Shown here: one piece after another, positions 57,161 through 64,000 of the stretch
How the letters are laid out: every line of letters starts with the position of its first letter
Position numbering within the stretch: the stretch's first letter is position 1
Source: Tubulanus polymorphus
Lineage: Eukaryota > Animalia > Nemertea
DNA: 64,000 nt
NCBI RefSeq assembly: GCF_964204645.1
Contig: NC_134025.1
Location: 2,232,001-2,296,000, forward strand
Direction of reading: 5' to 3'
Position numbers and translations under genes: made by a program
Notes under the pieces: model-generated
What the model was told of the DNA's origin: nothing
The model's input: only the letters and a program-made list of their open reading frames with translations
Databases searched by the model: none

Positions 57161-58749
57161 CGAAAATCGTGAAATGATTTCGTATGGTGTAACTTATTTT
57201 TGAAATATGGTGTGATGGCATTCACTGTACTTTTAGATAATAAGTTGTCTATTAGTGGATTTCATGTTGTCTATTAGTATCATCTGATTCACTAATTTCG
57301 TCATCATATACATTCGTTTTTTCCGTTAAACGATGCTTATTGTAGGTTATTATCAGTTTCTAAACGAAGATTTAGAACGATGACTCAAATGTAAGTTAAA
57401 TTTTTACCATCAGGAAATGTCATGCCTAAATTCAGCGACGAATGAATATCGCAAAGTATTTTTAGCGTACTTGGAAATTTTGAAATCCACGTCGTTCGTG
57501 TAAGCCGGGCGCGATTGATGCGGAATCTACGTCATAATCCGGCGTTCGTCGGGTTTTGTTGCGAGAAAATCTAAGCAGGTATGAAGACGGAGGGAGCAAC
57601 ATGAATCTTCCCAAGGCAAAATATGACGCTTTTATCAAAGAAGCTCCTGCCGGGAAAATATAGCTCATCACCTAGGTAACAAACTTGCGTCTTAGATCGA
57701 CCGTGAAATCATCTCGAAGAAGAGTATTCCAGTTTATTGTCTCTTAATTGCCCTTTTTGATCATCCTTACTTCCCGTGAAAAAAAATCAACAGATAATCA
57801 TCATTGTGAAATCCTTGATTCGGTCAAACACGACAACATGTTTAACCTGTAAACCATTAACTAGATGAGTAAGTGAATCTATTTGTACATTGTGTTATCA
57901 ATTGTTTTGTGTGTTTATACAGATTCGTTATATTGCAATCTAGATAATGGGGAGAAGTGATCCGCAAAATTGGGAAGCTGATGATTAAGTTTCTCCATGT
58001 GGTTCCCTCACACTGTTCCGACTTTTCAGATCCTAAAATGGACGATTACGGCGTATAGATAAATTCACCCTCATGAAAATGACGCAAGGAATGACGATGC
58101 ACCACCTCGAAATATTCAATATCTCCATCGAGCGATAGGTGCAGTAGATGCAGCAGTAGATGCAGCAGTAAATGCAGATGCAGATTATGTTCGTGCGTCA
58201 GTTGATAATCGATGACACACACACACACACAGACAGCGAAAGAGATAGACGTCGTGAAACGAAACCCTTTGATAAAAAAAAAATAACCTCCAGCAAAAGA
58301 AATCAATAGGCAAACATAGTAAAATGTACAGGCAAACAATTTAATATGAAAATAATCTGAAAGAACGACATGATTTTCAATATGCAAAATACATCATCAA
58401 TTTAACAATATTCATTTACGTATATTCAATGTTTATAGAAATACAACTTTTGAAAATTCATAATAATTAAGAAAACATTTTTCAATTATATTTATATTGA
58501 AAGAAATAAAAGCACCGGTGAAATATTCATTAAACATCATTTAACAATGATCAATCACAATATATACATATCACTCGAGTATTTAACATCAAAATATATT
58601 CACAAAACAAAACAACAATTTCAACTGTAATATTACCTATAGCTATCTATACTCTATTGTTTTGTGCTTTCGCAAATAAATGGACACAAAGTCTTCGATT
58701 GTAAAGCACCGGTACACGAGATAGTGTTTTTGGTTTTAAATAGTCTTTT

Positions 58750-59856
58750 TCACATGATCGGTTGGAACGCTTCGTCCGAGCTGTACATGGGCAGTCCTGC
58801 TGTTTCGTACGGCGTCTGTACCTTATGCATCATCTGGTTCGAATAAAAGTTCATGGCATTTGTGTTCATGACTGTGTTGCATTCGTACGGATAGTAATAA
58901 GGAGTCGTAGTGTCCGAGTACATTGACCATACCGATGTAGCGTCTGATGGTGATGGCGGAGGCGTACCATCGATAGTACCGACTAATCGATCGACTGAAA
59001 AATCCGATCTTGGCACGCAAGGATAGGCTGGAAAAACGGTTCCATTTGTGTACGGAACTTGAGGTTGATAAGGCTGAGTGAATACAGAATACGTTGAATT
59101 GGTCATAGGTGCTGAGTTGAAAGTTGCCTGTTGGTGCTGATGATAGGTCGTATCGAATCCAGAGTCAATTATAGGCTGCCTAAATTTCCTCGCGATGCTA
59201 GATTTACGTCGCAATTTACCGGTAGCTCCGCCGATAAAAACATCTTCAGCGCATCGGTCAAGCATCCAATAGTTACCTTTACCCGGATCATCGTAACGTC
59301 GAGGAACCTTCACGAAACATTTATTCAAGCTCAGATTATGACGGATGGAATTTTGCCAACCTTGTTTCTTATCCCGATAGTACGGAAAGTTTTTCACTAT
59401 GTATTCGTAAATTCCGTTCAACGTGAGTTTCTTTTCCGGTGAAGTACGAATCGCCATCATTATCATCGCGTTATAACTGAACGGTGGTTTCTGGTCTTTC
59501 TGCTGCGGCGGCTGCTGCTGCTGCTGTTGTTGGCTGGGTTTCTCCGCCGCTGACGGAGCAGCGCTACTTTCACGAACAACGTTGATCGCCGAATCTCGCG
59601 ATTCATCGTCGGTGATCACTGCCGAATCCATGCTCCCCGATCGAGCGCACAAAAATGAATTTTCCTTATTCGAATCTAATATCGGTACTGCTCCGCTAGT
59701 ATTTATTGCAATGTCATTGATCTGAACGACAGTTCTTGTAGTTTCAAGTTCTGCAAATTGTTGTTGATGTTCGTTCGCTGTATCGTTAAATCCGTGCATC
59801 TGATGAACAATGTTTTCACTGACTGACGACTGAGGCGATTTCATTATTCTAACCAT
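58750..59856 (-). CDS. FOXG1: Forkhead box G (FoxG/BF-1/slp) transcription factor, intronless, ~368 aa
   Basis: Forkhead [74 protein letters not shown], followed by the FoxG-specific [15 protein letters not shown] and FSVDRLV. First ATG is at 59856 (the ORF track starts at a TTG). Confidence 0.93.
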   Translation of the reverse strand: MVRIMKSPQSSVSENIVHQMHGFNDTANEHQQQFAELETTRTVVQINDIAINTSGAVPILDSNKENSFLCARSGSMDSAVITDDESRDSAINVVRESSAAPSAAEKPSQQQQQQQPPQQKDQKPPFSYNAMIMMAIRTSPEKKLTLNGIYEYIVKNFPYYRDKKQGWQNSIRHNLSLNKCFVKVPRRYDDPGKGNYWMLDRCAEDVFIGGATGKLRRKSSIARKFRQPIIDSGFDTTYHQHQQATFNSAPMTNSTYSVFTQPYQPQVPYTNGTVFPAYPCVPRSDFSVDRLVGTIDGTPPPSPSDATSVWSMYSDTTTPYYYPYECNTVMNTNAMNFYSNQMMHKVQTPYETAGLPMYSSDEAFQPIM

Positions 59857-62129
59857 CTTCAATCAGAAGTACTCCTCTCTATACACGTAGTTTTACGTCG
59901 GGTGTTTCCGTACGATACGAACGAATGAAGTTACGAACATGTATTGACGTTTAAAGCAACAGCCATCGTAGAATAAATCCAACAGACGACACAACGGCAG
60001 CCAATCAGAGCCCGACTGACAATCGTTTCCCGAGAACCGCCTACCTTCGTTCTAAAATAGTTACTGTGAGGAAAAGAATCAATGCAGAAATACGAGAAAT
60101 TTATATTTACCATCAAACCGAGGATTTCATATTTTTGGAAAATTCCAGGATAACTACAATTACGATAAGCCTTCCGCGTTGCCGTTCATTCAGAAACTTC
60201 TTTTTAATTGCGGCAAATTTTCTCGGGCAGATTATCAAAATTTCTAAGATGGCAATATTTCAGCAGAATTCAATCTAAACCTGTATCGTTTCGGATGAAT
60301 AAGTTTTGATTGATACTCGAGACAGCGCTCGTGTCTTTACCGAACAAACAACTCTGATACACAGAACTGTTTGGTCTAGAGCGATTAAAAACCATCGCAA
60401 AATATTTCTTGTTATATCATGTAGAAATGACGAACACCTACTCACATTGCAATAATGCTGGACTTTCATTAAAACATATGATACTTTGTTCCGAAACATT
60501 TTGAAAACAAAAACAGGACTTCGTTTCGAAATGCTCTTTTGGTGGGAAGATATTACAGTGTTGCAGACACTACCAAAAGTTCATGTACCATCATGTGATG
60601 AGTAACATTTTCAAATGTATTCCAAATGCCTTTGGTCGCAGTTAAAGTTCGAGGTGGTTTAAATACGGGGATCAAACGTCTGATATTTTAATCTCGATAT
60701 TGTCAACACGTTGCTTGCTTGGGGCATCATTTCGGATTCGTTCACCTGATTGTCAACTGTACAGAAAAGAACTGAATATCGAACGAAGGTGTCGGTTGGC
60801 ATGGTTGATATGAAATTAAGCTCCTTAGTTGTTTTTCGAGGTGAAACAGTATTCGTTGAACTGTTTGGGTGCTCAGATGAAGTATTCGTTCATGTTTGTC
60901 TGAGTTCGGTGCGCTGAACGATAGGCCTACTAGATTTTCCTACGCGCATCTCGAGCAGGAGTGGCGTCATCAGACGTTATCGACTATCATCCTCGTGTAG
61001 AGACAGTTCGAGTGGAGATAGTCTCCAAACTCATCATGTTGATGTCTAGGAGTTAGACTACTAAGGTCGAAAATGTTGATATTTTCTTATTCACAACCTA
61101 AAGCTGTGGGGAATTAGATCATTTTCAAAGGCTGGGACGACATGTTTTTGTTTATCTCCGAGCTATAGCGACTATGAGGCTAGACTTCGGTTTTCTTTTC
61201 TTCGTTAATCTTCCGACATTTCTAATCTATACGTTCATCTAATAGTAATCCTCACATTCATCATTTGCCTTCTTGCATCAATAGGAAATACACAATAAAC
61301 AGATTTATCAAACGGCTTCCCTAATGGCTGTCCATTGCCATATACAAGTACAGACTATGTTTACCCTTATTTTTGTCCATGTGACCGAGAAATGACGCCC
61401 GAAGATGTGACACATTAACGCTTGAGTACATACATTCCACGAACTGGATTCTTTTTTATGGATATGTGATCTACCCATACGATGTCAAGAAGGGCTATAT
61501 CGATTAAAAAAATGCTTACTAAAGCCATCGTGTGGAACTTTTTGTTATATGTGTTAAATTTGGTATAAACGTTCTATAAATAACCAATCGGTATCGAACC
61601 GATGATAAGTGACGTCACCAATGCGTTAGATGTCATCAACTAATGTTACGTATATTTTTACTCATAGTGATCTGGTACAGGTTATTGCTCGTAGCGTCAA
61701 CAAATAAAATGTTAAGAAAGAAAATCTATATTCTATTTTTCTATATCTACGGTTGACTCAGAAGATTGTTGCCTTTCGCTATTTTGAATTTTTTTGCGTC
61801 TGTCGTTTTGTGAAAAGAATTTTGCAAACGAATATTTACGATAATTACGAACAACAAAAGTTGCCATTACATTCAACTATTCAATTTCAGAATAAATCAT
61901 TTCTCCGTGTGTGAATAGAAATTTCGCTTTTTAATTGCCAGTCCCAGTATTGCGTCTAGTTCGACCAGTGATAACAGAGGGTTGGGAAAGCCAAAAGTTT
62001 AGTGCGGAACCAAAACCAAATAGCTCTTGATTCTGAGGTATCTCAGCATCTCTTAGTAGTAAATTGACTAGTAGTGCGTCTAGCCGGACCAGTGGTAACA
62101 GATGATTTAAAGATGTAGGGGAACGACAG

Positions 62130-62345
62130 CATTAATTTGGTCCATTTCAGGTTTGGGCTAGAGTAATCAGACCGATTAGTTCAAGCTCCCGGTCAAATAA
62201 GAACGGGCTTAGCAGCTTCACACGTACAGAAACGGAACGGACGAATTTAGAACGGCTTCTCGCTTGTGTGAACACCTGGTCCGTTCTAAATTGAAACGAA
62301 CTCATTTAAGAACGCTCTAAATAACGAAGGGTGGAAGCGGCTATT
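62130..62345 (-). repeat. Second copy of the 56815-57160 repeat family
   Basis: Homologous to 56815-57160 in inverted orientation. Confidence 0.65.
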
Positions 62346-64000
62346 CACGTCAGTCTGATCTGTGAATATCTATCCCAGTATATTAGCAGTAACAGCATCT
62401 AAATGAGTAACTGCTTTAAACAGACTCAATACTCAGCTTTTCATCGACTGACGTCATCCAACTTAGTTGACAACTACCTCGGCACCGCCATCTGAATACA
62501 AATCATTTGTCGCTTCAATATGAGTTACTGCTGCCATCTAACTTGACATCATTGACCGCGTTTTGGTCGGCATTTACTGTCATAAGTTTCACAGTCGTTT
62601 CTTTAGTCGCGATTAAAACACTTCGCTATCTGAGCGACCATTCTGCCAACGAAACTTCTAGATATACCTTGATCGCTCGCTCGTCTGCTAGGTGTGTCCC
62701 TCCAACTCACTTACTAATTAATAGTTTCTAATTCAATAGAGAATGTTGTGCGAAATTGTCGGTTACGTGTCAAGCTACCCAGAATAATTATAGATAAATG
62801 AAACAACTTAACTGATACTTAGAAAATATGATGAATCATTAATATTTGTTGTTTTACGAATTATCAATATTCGGGGGTGGTGTAGTGATGGGTATTCAGG
62901 AGAAATTACACTATGATTATCGACCGTTCATCCATATGATAAAGTTAATGTAGTATGTTCGATTTTTCGCGTGCTTATCGACACATCTTACACCAACAAG
63001 TCTTCCTTAAACATGTATGCATAGACCACTGAATTTTTCATTTTGAAATAGGGCTGATTTTCCCTTTTATCTATTTGATTGACTGATTGATCTGATTTGA
63101 TTGGATGCTTATTCAGTATCCCATACTAACACGCCACCCCTTCCGGGAACGAAACAGTTTGATTTTGAAATTTCGGTCGGGATTTTTTGTTCACAGCATA
63201 GTTAGTTTGGGATTTTCGTTTCATCCATCCAGCCTGAATCGGCAAGCGATAGACCTATCTTTCAGCCGGGGATGTTGTTAAAGCGTTGGTTTATGGAGTT
63301 CGATACATTCGAACAAATGGATATTTTTTATCGTTTTCTGAGCACCAATTTTCGCAGTTGCCACAGATCGGCACCTGGCTCATTAATCAATTATATTACA
63401 GTTACAGTAATCATTAGGCAAATAAGTCTTAAGACGGAGAAAATTTGTTAGCGAGGTACAATGAGACAGGAATTAAAAATGTCATCAATTTAGCGCTAAT
63501 ATGACAGCTTTGAACTTGTAATTAAGTCCGTTGATGATGTTATTAGTTTTCTGATATAGCGCCATCTGAAATTCGGTATTAATAACGCAATAATAAATGA
63601 TGTTTACTGTAATAGTTGAGGACGGTTTTAGTAGTAATCACAAAAACAGCTGTACGAAACACTGCACAAATTCTGTCTCAATATTTTTCAAATTGTCGCC
63701 GAATGATATGAATTTAACGACCGATTTTATCGCAATAGCCTCGTCAAATATTCATAAAATCTAAACATTTCGTAGGATTATAGTTGATTATTCAAATAGT
63801 GAACGTTTGTGTAAAGCTTGTGAAAAAACAGGAAAGCACCGATATGAATAGATATAAATGATGCCGTAGGGTGGGATGTCCATTTCAATCTAATCTTATC
63901 TTTTATGGGGTTCGAGAACAATAATATCATCTGAAAATCGAAAAGGTTACAGAACCCGTATATGTCACGTTCAGAACGTGTGAGGAAGAAACGAACCGGT

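Overview
Eukaryotic genomic DNA from an AT-rich, compact-intron invertebrate animal; this is not a prokaryotic window. I assembled seven protein-coding genes by hand, and each exon chain sums to a multiple of 3: a single-domain LAMP (-), a 2OG-Fe(II)/P4H-like oxygenase with a GC-AG intron (+), FBXO11 (-, 18 exons), EFCAB11 (+), TRMT5 (+), MNAT1 (-) and an intronless, divergent FoxG (-) in a gene-poor, repeat-rich region. The most striking structure lies at 30035-37509: a ~7.5-kb element bounded by terminal inverted repeats. Its terminal motif is also the core of an internal 59-60-bp satellite, which is split by a young, 5'-truncated Tx1/L1-type LINE with a poly(A) tail and a target-site duplication (TSD). 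Other observations include MITEs with diagnostic TSDs (IS3EU-like 6 bp, hAT5-like 5 bp), Penelope-type minimal hammerhead motifs, a tRNA-like 76-bp tandem array, a run of tiny palindromes, a probable decayed gene, and synteny matching human 14q/2p. All calls were made by eye with no database searches.
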